Shown piece by piece: positions 1 through 8,593 of a stretch of DNA of 59,753 nucleotides. Made by a program: the position numbers and the translations under genes. This DNA is from a virus (lineage: Duplodnaviria; Caudoviricetes). Numbering within the stretch: position 1 is the first letter of the stretch; each line of letters begins with the position of its first letter. The notes under the pieces are model-generated. The model was given only the letters and a program-made list of their open reading frames with translations, was not told the origin of the DNA and made no database searches. Where the stretch lies: IMG/VR virus record IMGVR_UViG_3300016484_000665, positions 1 through 59,753 of that record; one strand, 5' to 3'.

Positions 1-58
1 TCTGCATGTCATTCAAAGCGCGATCGCCGCTGGTGGCGTTCTCGTACGGAAGTGTCAT
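1..58 (-). CDS. Partial phage protein (MTLPYENATSGDRALNDMQ...), cut by the window edge
   Basis: ATG overlaps the TGA of the 55..348 gene (ATGA) and the frame is open to base 1. Confidence 0.6.
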   Translation of the reverse strand, partial: MTLPYENATSGDRALNDMQ

Positions 59-348
59 GTCTGTTTCCTCGTCTTATGGCCCTGAAGCGCGTAGCGCAGG
101 ACATCGGGAGCAGTCGTGTGGAGTTTCGGTGCGAGCAGAATCAACGTGTCGAGCGAACAGCGTGCCTTTCCCGACTCGATCAGACTGAGCGTAGACACAC
201 CGACACCGGATACATGCGAAAGGTCCGACAGCGAAAGCCCATGCTTTTCGCGCAACCATCGCAAATGGATCGCCAGGCGACGATAAATCACGTCGTGGCC
301 GGGCGCGCGCTTTCTGGGGCTCGAGGCCCTGTGAGATTTCGTCTTCAT
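55..348 (-). CDS. XRE-family helix-turn-helix transcriptional regulator
   Basis: LRWLREKHGLSLSDLSHVSGVGVSTLSLIESGKARCSLDTL is a typical HTH_3/XRE pattern. Confidence 0.85.
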   Translation of the reverse strand: MKTKSHRASSPRKRAPGHDVIYRRLAIHLRWLREKHGLSLSDLSHVSGVGVSTLSLIESGKARCSLDTLILLAPKLHTTAPDVLRYALQGHKTRKQT

Positions 349-536
349 TTGTAGGACTGCTCAACGGCGCGCTCGAGGTCATGCGAGCTGCCACGCCATC
401 CAACCTGCCGTGCGACATCGATCCACCCCATGTGCGGGTTGCGCCGCTTGATAACTCGAGCCTGCTGCACAGTGCACTCGGGCACCAAAATACCCAGCCC
501 TCGATCGAGCTGCATTCTCATGGCCTTTGCGATCAT
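345..536 (-). CDS. Hypothetical protein
   Basis: 63-aa ORF with 4-bp overlaps to both neighbours. Confidence 0.55.
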   Translation of the reverse strand: MIAKAMRMQLDRGLGILVPECTVQQARVIKRRNPHMGWIDVARQVGWRGSSHDLERAVEQSYK

Positions 537-754
537 TCCTGTTCCCCTTTGTTCGCAATTGCAGTGATTCGCCGCACTTCCTTAGAGCCCAGGACAGCGT
601 GCGCTTGAGCCTCGATCAATACACCGACCATCACACCGATCGGGTAACCGCTCTTTTTCATCATTGCCCTGAGAAGTGCTTCCTGCGCGGCAGTGATTTT
701 TGGCTGTATGCGGACCTTGCTGGACATCATCAGTCTCGTTTTGGCGATACTCAT
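533..754 (-). CDS. Hypothetical small protein, possibly ribbon-helix-helix DNA-binding
   Basis: First gene of the leftward operon; VRIQPKITAAQEALLRAMMKKSG resembles a beta-strand plus helix pattern. Confidence 0.55.
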   Translation of the reverse strand: MSIAKTRLMMSSKVRIQPKITAAQEALLRAMMKKSGYPIGVMVGVLIEAQAHAVLGSKEVRRITAIANKGEQE

Positions 755-820
755 TGAATACTACTTGCGGAGTATTATGCAATGGTGCAGATTACATTCA
801 CGCAAACACAGGGGGCAACG
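755..820. promoter_or_regulatory. Divergent promoter/operator region
   Basis: AT-rich gap between divergent operons; inverted repeat AATACT(757-762)-N8-AGTATT(771-776); TG-CATAAT on the minus strand. Confidence 0.5.
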
Positions 821-1219
821 ATGCGCAGGCCGGATCTGCAGCTTGGCCGCTACCTTCGACGGTGGTGGCTGATCCCGAGGAATCGGGTATTCAATATTTA
901 TCTTCATCGGTTCGACGCCAGCGACCACCGAATACTTCATGACCATCCGTGGTGGTCGGTGTCGCTGCTCATCAAGGGTGCCTATCGAGAGCACTATCAC
1001 GACGGTACGGCCGAAGAGCGTTGGGCGCCGTGCCTGGTGGTGCGGGCGCCGCGACAGCTCCACCGGATTGAGCTGTTAACGGTACGCGCCACGACACTGT
1101 TCATCACCGGCCCGCGGCAGCGCACGTGGGGATTCATGTCGCCCTCGCTTGGCAGGTGGGTGCGGCACGACGGCTATGATCCGCTGCGCACGGATCCTGA
1201 CAGCGTGGGGCCGCGATGA
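821..1219 (+). CDS. Cupin-like phage protein
   Basis: NIYLHRF..D..LHDHPW....LLIKGAYREH...HRIEL His motifs; GGGGG RBS before ATG 821. Confidence 0.7.
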   Translation: MRRPDLQLGRYLRRWWLIPRNRVFNIYLHRFDASDHRILHDHPWWSVSLLIKGAYREHYHDGTAEERWAPCLVVRAPRQLHRIELLTVRATTLFITGPRQRTWGFMSPSLGRWVRHDGYDPLRTDPDSVGPR

Positions 1220-1761
1220 ACAATCAAGCACCAAGTCGGCGCGTCGCGCCCATTCCCGGCCTGCGCGTTCAGCACGTTTCGATTGAGGGGTACGGGAATG
1301 GATTGATTCGGCGTGTACATGCAGTAATGGATCCGCTCGATCATGTGCAGTGCCCGGCCTGCGGCACGAAGGGGCCGGTCAAACCGACCGACCAGAACAT
1401 TACGGCACTAACGTTGTTCAGGAGGGCACGGTATCGCCCCAAGTATTTAGACGACATACCTGTAGACGGTGTGGCAACCCGCTGGACGATCTCACGCTAC
1501 AGATACCTGTGCCGAAAGTGCAGGCGAGAGTGGTGCGAGCCAATACCGGAAACCGTTGGTTTCTCGACGGGATCCGTTGTCACCCACAGGCTAGTTCGCT
1601 GGATCAGGCGCCAGATAGCTGCCGGTGTTCCGATATCGCACCTGACGGTAATCATCGAGCGCAGCGCACCGACCGTGATTGGATATTCGAAGCGGGTTAT
1701 CCCGGAAGAAACTGACGACGAGGACACACCACCACCGGTAACAGGAGAGCACCATGAGTGA
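1216..1761 (+). CDS. ISL3-transposase-like zinc finger plus HTH protein, no DDE domain
   Basis: CPACG...DIPVDG...ISRYRYLCRKC..W.EPIP followed by THRLVRWI...ISHL..IIERSAPTV. Confidence 0.7.
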   Translation: MNNQAPSRRVAPIPGLRVQHVSIEGYGNGLIRRVHAVMDPLDHVQCPACGTKGPVKPTDQNITALTLFRRARYRPKYLDDIPVDGVATRWTISRYRYLCRKCRREWCEPIPETVGFSTGSVVTHRLVRWIRRQIAAGVPISHLTVIIERSAPTVIGYSKRVIPEETDDEDTPPPVTGEHHE

Positions 1762-2149
1762 CGAAATCAATCGGGTAAACATCAGAACGCCCTTTTCAGA
1801 GATCCTGCGCAATCACAGCAACGGCGAGGCCGACGACGAGATCACCGGCGAGGTGACGGAGGCGGTCAAGCTGTTGCGAATCAGCGGTGGCACGGCCAAG
1901 GTGACCATTGAACTCACGCTCAAGTCGGCATCGAAGGACAACGAAGCCATCAGCCTGACGTTCACCAAGATCGAAATGAAGGCGCCGAAGTGGGCAAGAC
2001 AACCGCAGGTGATGTTCAGCACGGCCGATGGTGACCTGCATCGCAACAATCCCAGGCAGGGGGATCTGCAATTAACCGACGTGAGTACACGCCGGGGCAA
2101 CAAAATCATTGACCCGATGCGCAGGGCATTGGGTGATACGGAGGACTGA
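1754..2149 (+). CDS. YfdP-like phage protein (usual partner of DUF2303)
   Basis: GGTAKVTIELTLK...MFSTADGDLHRNNPRQGDL; lies directly upstream of DUF2303; AGGAG RBS. Confidence 0.7.
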   Translation: MSDEINRVNIRTPFSEILRNHSNGEADDEITGEVTEAVKLLRISGGTAKVTIELTLKSASKDNEAISLTFTKIEMKAPKWARQPQVMFSTADGDLHRNNPRQGDLQLTDVSTRRGNKIIDPMRRALGDTED

Positions 2150-2151
2150 TC

Positions 2152-3060
2152 ATGGCAGAAAGAACAGAATCCGAAGTCATTGCCGAGTTGATGGACCGGA
2201 CCAACGCCCGGCAACTCATTGAACTGCGGCCCTCACCGCACGCGCATATGGCGATTGTGCCGGAGCGCGCGAAGATTGAGGTCATTGAGGCCTCTGCGCC
2301 ACGTGTCGCGCATCGGTGGTGGTTCGATCGACCATGCGACCTGGCCGATTACGTGCAGCGCTGGAACGTGCCGTTTTATGACCTGTACTCGATCAAAACA
2401 GCACCCGTGACGGCGGATGTCGAGTACGGCTTTCTTGCGATAATCAACGGGGCATCGCCCGGATTCCCCCAGGAACAATATGAAGATCACATCGCTCGCT
2501 GCCGCTTGGTGATCGAAACGCGATTCAAAGCATGGTCCGACATCAGCGGCAAATGGATGACGCAGGAGCGATTGGCTGAGTTTCTACGGGTCCGGCACGT
2601 GGATGTTGTTGCACCACCAGAAGGCTTCAGTGGCACATCACCTACGGGGCTTGACCTGAACCAAATGGCCGAGCAGTTTCACATCACGCGGCGCATGAAG
2701 TTCGGCAAGGACGTGGATCTGGTCGGCGGCCAGGCGAACTTCACCTACACCAACCAGAACGATACGGAGAAGGCGGTGCGTTTCTACCCGACGTTCTTCA
2801 TCGGGGTGCCCGTATTTCATGGCGGCTCTACGATGCGCATGCGCATCGACATGCGGTATCGGATCGAGGAAGCCGCCCTGCATTTCCTTATCGAAATTCA
2901 GGAGCAGGAGTTGGTTGAGGAAACAGCATTCGAGATCGCCGAAGCGGAATTGTTTGCCCGTGTGTACAGCGAGAATGAAAGGGCACGCGCAGAGGGCCGA
3001 TCAACACCGACCCGGCTGAGAGGGTGGCCAGAGATCAACGGGAGGAGCGCGCACATATGA
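2152..3060 (+). CDS. DUF2303 (YfdQ-like) family protein
   Basis: W....GKWMTQERLAEFL...D and FFIGVPVFHGG...RYRI motifs. Confidence 0.75.
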   Translation: MAERTESEVIAELMDRTNARQLIELRPSPHAHMAIVPERAKIEVIEASAPRVAHRWWFDRPCDLADYVQRWNVPFYDLYSIKTAPVTADVEYGFLAIINGASPGFPQEQYEDHIARCRLVIETRFKAWSDISGKWMTQERLAEFLRVRHVDVVAPPEGFSGTSPTGLDLNQMAEQFHITRRMKFGKDVDLVGGQANFTYTNQNDTEKAVRFYPTFFIGVPVFHGGSTMRMRIDMRYRIEEAALHFLIEIQEQELVEETAFEIAEAELFARVYSENERARAEGRSTPTRLRGWPEINGRSAHI

Positions 3061-3281
3061 CACTGCAAGTATCAACCGCCCCGCAACAGCAATACAGAAT
3101 CATGATCAAGGGCGACATGAAGGACATGCGGGAGCTGCACAACGCACTGATCAACAAAAAGCGGCGGTCTAAGTACGACAACGACTTGCTTGCTGGCCTT
3201 GCGAGCCAGATCGAAGAGATTATTCCGGCTCTGGCACCCGTGCAGGCTAATCCTTTGGAAATCGAGGGCTCCGAATCATGA
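3057..3281 (+). CDS. Hypothetical protein
   Basis: ATGA overlap with the upstream gene; GGGAGGAG RBS. Confidence 0.6.
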   Translation: MTLQVSTAPQQQYRIMIKGDMKDMRELHNALINKKRRSKYDNDLLAGLASQIEEIIPALAPVQANPLEIEGSES

Positions 3282-3727
3282 CAGCAACCGATTGGGACAA
3301 GCTGTGGGCATACGCCGCGGCAGGCGGGCGATCGCCTGGTGCGACGTCCATCAAGAACGGCGCGCGGTGGATCGCCCAGAAGGAAATCAAACTGGCGCAA
3401 GCGTATGAAGCTGCTATGGATCGCGTGCGCATTGCCGAAAACAGAGCGCGCGAACTCGAGGCAGCGCTGGGCCGATTCATCGATCCGGCAAATGCGCCGG
3501 TAACAGTGCGCACGATCATCGAGATGGAGCGGCGCCTGTTGTGGCTTGCCTCCTATCAGGTGGCTCACGATTTAACGCACCCGGAACGGGTGTTCGACGT
3601 TTCAGCCTGGAACCCGATTCTGCTGGGTGACGATGCTCACCCGATTGATCGCGATCTGCTGGAGCGTTATCGGGAGGTGCTGTACGCCTACGATGCACTC
3701 AAAGAACTCGGAACCACGGGAGGCTGA
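3278..3727 (+). CDS. Hypothetical protein (coiled coil)
   Basis: 149-aa ORF with ATGA overlap. Confidence 0.65.
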   Translation: MTATDWDKLWAYAAAGGRSPGATSIKNGARWIAQKEIKLAQAYEAAMDRVRIAENRARELEAALGRFIDPANAPVTVRTIIEMERRLLWLASYQVAHDLTHPERVFDVSAWNPILLGDDAHPIDRDLLERYREVLYAYDALKELGTTGG

Positions 3728-3898
3728 CTGCACCGTAGGCGGCCGCTGGCCTTGGCGGCAGAGCTGGCTGGCTGCATGGGTCACTGAACCTGACACTGTG
3801 CGGTAATCAGACGAGCTGGTAGTTCAGCACAAGGCAAGCCCGATATCGCCCGGACCGGCCAGGGCGCGTCGGGCGCACTCATCAATCCAGGTAAGCCT

Positions 3899-4156
3899 AT
3901 GACAGAGCATGACCCGACCAAACCCCTATGGGAGCTGTGCGGATACCACGACGAGCAAGAGGGCTGGTGCACGGAATACCTGTGCAATCAGCACGGGAGG
4001 CACGCACACCTGTGCGCCTGTCCTGACCTTGAAGTATTCGAGGCCGCGGGTATTCGGCCGTGGCAGCCCGGCAGCCTGGCTGCGGCATTGGCCGCAGGAC
4101 TCATCACCACCACGACGGATACGGAGACGCCCGATGACCATGAACGAACATCCTGA
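3899..4156 (+). CDS. Cys/His-rich hypothetical protein
   Basis: CGYH..WC..LC..H..HLCACP. Confidence 0.55.
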   Translation: MTEHDPTKPLWELCGYHDEQEGWCTEYLCNQHGRHAHLCACPDLEVFEAAGIRPWQPGSLAAALAAGLITTTTDTETPDDHERTS

Positions 4157-5111
4157 CGCGGTCGCGATCGCGAAGAAGATCTGCGCCTTCTACGATGTGG
4201 ACATTGAAGACGTGCGCGGCAGCGAGCGCAGCCCGAAGTTGCAGGCTGTTCGTTGTGCAATCGCATACGAACTGTTAAGCGCTCGATACAAAACCAGCAT
4301 CATCAGCATGTTGATCAACAAGAGCGAGGCAACGGTGCAGAGCGCTGCGCAGCAATACGAAGCACGTTGCGCGACAGCCGGACTGCCCATGTACCTTGTT
4401 GCCGGTGGCGCTGCGGAGCCGGTCGCGCAGGAGGCCGGCGGGCAGCAAGACGCGGAGAACGTCGAGCCGGTTAATGAGCTCGACTCGTGGGTGTTACATC
4501 ACACGACATGGGATACCACCAAGCTGTTTGTTGCTGAAGCATCACCAGAACTGAAGCGCGCGGTGTTCTGCGATGCTTACGGCGAAATAGATATTTCCCT
4601 CTCCGAATTGTGCGCGGCCTTCGGCATCAGCGAACCAGAAGGGGCGCATTGGTTGGCGGCGGATCCGGGAAGAGATGTGGTGCCCTCAACGCCGCTGCCG
4701 AGTGCCGCTGCAGAAGCAAAGCCGGAAACGTGCGAGATCCCAGAACACGCGCAGACACAACCTGTCTCCGACAACAAAGAGAGTTCGTCGTCGAGCGAGG
4801 ATATAGCGATCACAGGTACCAGCCCCACGGTAGAGGATATCCGTCGTGCCATCGGAAGCATGACCATGACAAAGAAGGGCTCCGAGCAAGCGGGGAACGA
4901 CTGCACGACGACGATACTTCCGTCGTTTTTGGTCTTCAATAGGACGCCCGGACCGACGAGAGATCTGCTCGTACAAGTGCTGCTCGATGTTTACGACAAC
5001 AGAGAAAAACTGCCCAAGAAGCCGCGGCGACGTGTCGAGCGACTGATGAAGGAGATAGTCGATGCGTGGGCGCAAAGCGAGAACATGTTCTGCAAGGTCG
5101 AACGCGAGTGA
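4134..5111 (+). CDS. Protein with an N-terminal DnaA C-terminal-like HTH
   Basis: ICAFYDVDIEDVRGSERSPKLQAVRCAIAY...IISMLINKSEATV resembles DnaA domain IV; GGAG RBS before ATG 4134. Confidence 0.65.
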   Translation: MTMNEHPDAVAIAKKICAFYDVDIEDVRGSERSPKLQAVRCAIAYELLSARYKTSIISMLINKSEATVQSAAQQYEARCATAGLPMYLVAGGAAEPVAQEAGGQQDAENVEPVNELDSWVLHHTTWDTTKLFVAEASPELKRAVFCDAYGEIDISLSELCAAFGISEPEGAHWLAADPGRDVVPSTPLPSAAAEAKPETCEIPEHAQTQPVSDNKESSSSSEDIAITGTSPTVEDIRRAIGSMTMTKKGSEQAGNDCTTTILPSFLVFNRTPGPTRDLLVQVLLDVYDNREKLPKKPRRRVERLMKEIVDAWAQSENMFCKVERE

Positions 5112-5112
5112 A

Positions 5113-5505
5113 ATGAGGGCACGGCACCCCATGGGACACCGCTCAACCTTCACAACAACCGACAGCCGGATCGAATGGCCGGCGTGGTTCATCGACAAGT
5201 ACAAACGCACCATCGGATTCCCGCACAACAAAGGCCCCATCCATCCGCTCCTGGAAAACAAAGTCTACGACGCATGGGATACGCTCGAGATCGACATCCG
5301 GAGCGCAATAGATTGGTCCAGACATCCTCGCCCATTCATTCTCGTCTACCTACACGAGTGCGGTGGCATAAGCCGATGCGAGATCTCGAAGGACAACATC
5401 CTCTGGACAGAGCCCGAGACGTGGCGACTGGAAAGCGGCCCGACACACCCGTTCTACAACTGCATCGGTTGCTCGAATGCGACCAGACTGACGGAGAAAC
5501 CATGA
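5113..5505 (+). CDS. Hypothetical phage protein
   Basis: Intact ORF within the operon; start chosen at ATG 5113. Confidence 0.6.
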   Translation: MRARHPMGHRSTFTTTDSRIEWPAWFIDKYKRTIGFPHNKGPIHPLLENKVYDAWDTLEIDIRSAIDWSRHPRPFILVYLHECGGISRCEISKDNILWTEPETWRLESGPTHPFYNCIGCSNATRLTEKP

Positions 5506-5726
5506 ACATCACCACAAACCGAATCGACAACCTCGAATCCGCCCTGAAGATTGCCATGCAGAATTGGAAGGAGTGGATGATTCAAGACACCGGCAGGCCC
5601 CCATCAGAGGGCCACTCATCGACAAAGGATCAGTGGGCTTTCTGTGAATTCGTCCTCGAGACTGAACAGCGCATGAGAGCCATTCGCGAATCCATCATGG
5701 CAGGGTCAACCGATACGACAGACTGA
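5502..5726 (+). CDS. Hypothetical protein
   Basis: ATGA overlap; GGAG RBS. Confidence 0.6.
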   Translation: MNITTNRIDNLESALKIAMQNWKEWMIQDTGRPPSEGHSSTKDQWAFCEFVLETEQRMRAIRESIMAGSTDTTD

Positions 5727-5739
5727 CTCTGTGCGGCCC

Positions 5740-6786
5740 ATGAACTACTACAACGAGAACGACTCGAAGGCTGCAGCATGGCTGCGCGAATTGATTGCGC
5801 GTGGCCTGATCGCGCCTGGCATCGTTGACGAACGGAGTATCGAAGATGTCACACCAGCAGACCTTGCCGGGTTTCGGCAGTGTCACTTTTTTGCCGGAAT
5901 CGGAGGCTGGAGTCACGCACTCCGACTCGCGGGGTGGGCCGACGATCTGCCCGTGTGGACCGGATCCTGCCCTTGTCAACCTTTCAGCCAGGCAGGCTCA
6001 GGAAAGGGGACTGATGACCCGCGACACCTATGGCCGGCCTTTCGTTGGCTCATCGACCAGTGTCGCCCTCCAGTCGTATTTGGAGAGCAGGTTGCGAGCC
6101 TCGATGGTCGATTCTGGCTCGCCGCTGTACGTGCTGACTTGGAGGCGATGGGGTATGCGGTGGGGGCGGCCGATCTGTGCGCTGCGGGCGTCGGCGCGCC
6201 GCACATCAGACAACGGCTTTACTTTGCAGGGGTGGCCGACGACGAACGCCAGCGACGAGAAATGGCGTTATTCGACCAACGAATCGGCAGTTCGGCGGTC
6301 GGAGAGCGGCAAGCAAATGAGCTCGGAGTGTGTCGCGCAGTTGTCGGGCTGGAGCACGGCATCGGCAAGGGATTGGAAAGATTCGCCGGGGATGGCGACA
6401 CAATCGGGCAACCGGTCGAGGCTGGATCAGCTACCACGGCAGGCTACGCTTGCGGGCTGGCCGACTCCGACTGCCGCGGACCACAACAGAGGTACGGCAC
6501 CACCACGCAACACGGACACGGGTGTGCCGCTCACGCAGATGGCGGCAATAATCCAAGGGGGGGCGAAGGGATCTATAGACGGTCCGATGCGATACACGGC
6601 GGATGGTCAGCTCCTGACTGGCTCCTTTGCACAGATGGAAAGTGGCGGCCAGTTGAATCCGGCTCATTCCCGCTGGCTCATGGGGTACCCGCCCGAATGG
6701 GACGACTGCGGGGTTACGGCAATGCCATAGTCCCGCAGGTAGCTGAGCTGTTCATTCGCGCAACAATCAACGGAGACGACATATGA
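5740..6786 (+). CDS. C5 DNA cytosine methyltransferase, large (alpha) polypeptide
   Basis: FFAGIGG (motif I), GSCPCQPFS (IV), EQV (VI), HIRQRLYF (VIII), GYGNAIVP (X); no motif IX in this frame. Confidence 0.9.
   Translation: MNYYNENDSKAAAWLRELIARGLIAPGIVDERSIEDVTPADLAGFRQCHFFAGIGGWSHALRLAGWADDLPVWTGSCPCQPFSQAGSGKGTDDPRHLWPAFRWLIDQCRPPVVFGEQVASLDGRFWLAAVRADLEAMGYAVGAADLCAAGVGAPHIRQRLYFAGVADDERQRREMALFDQRIGSSAVGERQANELGVCRAVVGLEHGIGKGLERFAGDGDTIGQPVEAGSATTAGYACGLADSDCRGPQQRYGTTTQHGHGCAAHADGGNNPRGGEGIYRRSDAIHGGWSAPDWLLCTDGKWRPVESGSFPLAHGVPARMGRLRGYGNAIVPQVAELFIRATINGDDI
6014..6730 (+). CDS. Nested +1-frame methyltransferase small (beta) polypeptide
   Basis: AAGGGGA RBS before ATG 6014; GW(P/S)T repeats and motif-IX-like LNPAHSRWLMGYPPEW; frame open from 5825. 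Confidence 0.75.
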   Translation: MTRDTYGRPFVGSSTSVALQSYLESRLRASMVDSGSPLYVLTWRRWGMRWGRPICALRASARRTSDNGFTLQGWPTTNASDEKWRYSTNESAVRRSESGKQMSSECVAQLSGWSTASARDWKDSPGMATQSGNRSRLDQLPRQATLAGWPTPTAADHNRGTAPPRNTDTGVPLTQMAAIIQGGAKGSIDGPMRYTADGQLLTGSFAQMESGGQLNPAHSRWLMGYPPEWDDCGVTAMP

Positions 6787-7811
6787 CTACAACCTTCCGG
6801 GAATCAGCGTACTTGGCGAATGCTCTAAGCGCATTCCAAAGCGATTCGAGGCCGCTGATCGTGTATCACGACAATTGCATGGACGGGCGCGTCGCCGCCT
6901 GGGCGGTGCTGCGCAAACACCCGACGCCAGAAAACGTCGAACGTCTGCCGCAGAGTTACAACAGCACACCGCTTGACCCCGAAATGGTACGCAAGCGATG
7001 CGTGGTCATCGTGGATTTTTGTTATCCGGCAGACATCCTCAATTCACTGTCCGATGTTGCGGCAAGCGTGGTGGTCATCGACCATCACGTGGGGCATATC
7101 GATGCGCTGCGTGAATGGGCAGGAATTGAAGACAACGAAACCATGCCCTCATGCCGGGATCTCACGCAAGTGCGCCGGAAGCTGAACATCGCCTGGGTGT
7201 TCGAAACCGCATTCAGCGGGGCCGCGCTGGCTTGGATGGCGTTCAACACCGAAGACATGCCGGAGCTCGTAGCCTACGTGCAGGACCGCGACCTGTGGCA
7301 TTGGCGGCTACCGGATTCGAAGGCGATCAATGCGGAACTCCGCATGTATCATGCCTACACGCCCAGCTACCTCATGACCTACGAAGCCGCGCTTGTGAAT
7401 TTCAACAGAAAAAGCCCTTCGTATTTCGCCATGCTGATCCGCGGCGAAACGATTTTGGCAGTTGAAAGCGATGTCGTCAGTCACCTGATCGAAACCGGTG
7501 CGCGCCTGGTGCGTTTCTGCGGGCATGAGGTCTGGGCATGTTCGGCGCCGCCGATGTTCGCCTCTGAGGTCGGCCATGTCTTGTCAGAACGACGGCCAGC
7601 GCTGTTCTCCGTAACCTGGTGGGAGGGCAAGGGCGGGATGTGGACGTGTTCACTGCGGAGCTCGCGCGGGGGCATGGATGTGAATGAGATCGCCAAGTCG
7701 TTCGGCGGCGGTGGACACGAACACGCGGCCGGATTCGTCATTTATCCGCCGATCGCCGGGCTGAACGGCCTCGATCCGTCGCCGCGTCCGCGCGGCCTCG
7801 AGGTTCGGTGA
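6783..7811 (+). CDS. DHH/DHHA1 family phosphoesterase
   Basis: YHDNCMDG, IVDF, IDHH, QDRDLW, SLRS and GGGGHEHAAG motifs. Confidence 0.9.
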   Translation: MTTTFRESAYLANALSAFQSDSRPLIVYHDNCMDGRVAAWAVLRKHPTPENVERLPQSYNSTPLDPEMVRKRCVVIVDFCYPADILNSLSDVAASVVVIDHHVGHIDALREWAGIEDNETMPSCRDLTQVRRKLNIAWVFETAFSGAALAWMAFNTEDMPELVAYVQDRDLWHWRLPDSKAINAELRMYHAYTPSYLMTYEAALVNFNRKSPSYFAMLIRGETILAVESDVVSHLIETGARLVRFCGHEVWACSAPPMFASEVGHVLSERRPALFSVTWWEGKGGMWTCSLRSSRGGMDVNEIAKSFGGGGHEHAAGFVIYPPIAGLNGLDPSPRPRGLEVR

Positions 7812-7931
7812 TAGAGCGGTTATCCGACCTGATGCCGGTACCTATTCACAGGCGGGTGATGCCGTGAGAGCCTGCCAGCATGGTGTACCATAGCAGCAAC
7901 CGCCGAGTAACCCTGCCGACAAGGAGGCAAG

Positions 7932-8183
7932 GTGTCTGCAGATCCCGGTACCTTTGCCTCGTGGATGGATGTTTTGCAAACATACGGCGCCCTTGGCGTC
8001 ATGACACTGTTCGCCGCCTATCAGACCTGGAATGTCGAGGGGATGAAAAAGGAGCTGACACGTGCCAGAGAGCTTTACCATGAACTTGCGACCCGATTCG
8101 CAGTCCAGGCCGAGAGCACCCGCAACACCCTCGAAGGCACCCGCGTCGCCCTCGAGCGCGTCATTGACAAGGTCTTGGGCTGA
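7932..8183 (+). CDS. Small membrane protein, holin candidate
   Basis: AAGGAGG RBS with GTG start; hydrophobic segment YGALGVMTLFAAY then a coiled-coil tail. Confidence 0.55.
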   Translation: MSADPGTFASWMDVLQTYGALGVMTLFAAYQTWNVEGMKKELTRARELYHELATRFAVQAESTRNTLEGTRVALERVIDKVLG

Positions 8184-8196
8184 CAAGGTGTTGGGC
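8165..8196. repeat. 16-bp tandem duplication TGACAAGGT(C/G)TTGGGC x2
   Basis: Copies at 8165-8180 and 8181-8196 match at 15 of 16 bases. Confidence 0.85.
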
Positions 8197-8382
8197 ATTT
8201 TTCGCTCGCTGTTGCTGCACGACGAAGAGACGCAACGAGTTATCGCCACCGCTGAGAGTGTCCAGCAGCAGTCACAAACGCTCGATGCGCTCTATGCGGA
8301 AACACAAGACCTCATCGAGCGCATTGACCGGTGCGGTAGGGCACCAGAACCCAACGGTTATCAGAGCAAGAATGACGATTGA
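8188..8382 (+). CDS. Small coiled-coil protein
   Basis: GTG 8188 in frame with ORF 8062..8382 and fills the gap between two membrane genes. Confidence 0.45.
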   Translation: MLGIFRSLLLHDEETQRVIATAESVQQQSQTLDALYAETQDLIERIDRCGRAPEPNGYQSKNDD

Positions 8383-8593
8383 GCTCGCTACAGGATGGTT
8401 GCTGCTGATTTCCAGCGTCTTCGTGTTCTTCGAGGTCGCTGTCCTGATACTGCTGTGTTACCGGCAGGCGCGCATTGCAAAGATCCTCAAGGGCATGATC
8501 GCTGCTCAGAACGCACTGGTTCACACACAGACCCAGGTGGTGGTGCCAACATTGAGCATGCTGGCAGAGCACCACAAAAACCGCGTTTCCTGA
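8372..8593 (+). CDS. Small membrane protein
   Basis: Long hydrophobic helix WLLLISSVFVFFEVAVLILLCY followed by basic residues. Confidence 0.6.
   Translation: MTIELATGWLLLISSVFVFFEVAVLILLCYRQARIAKILKGMIAAQNALVHTQTQVVVPTLSMLAEHHKNRVS

Noticed and set aside
1216-1761. Active IS element
   Set aside because: No DDE domain, terminal inverted repeats or target duplication seen.
3909-4133. N-terminal extension of the 400-aa ORF
   Set aside because: Overlaps 3899..4156 and looks out of frame; the RBS supports ATG 4134.
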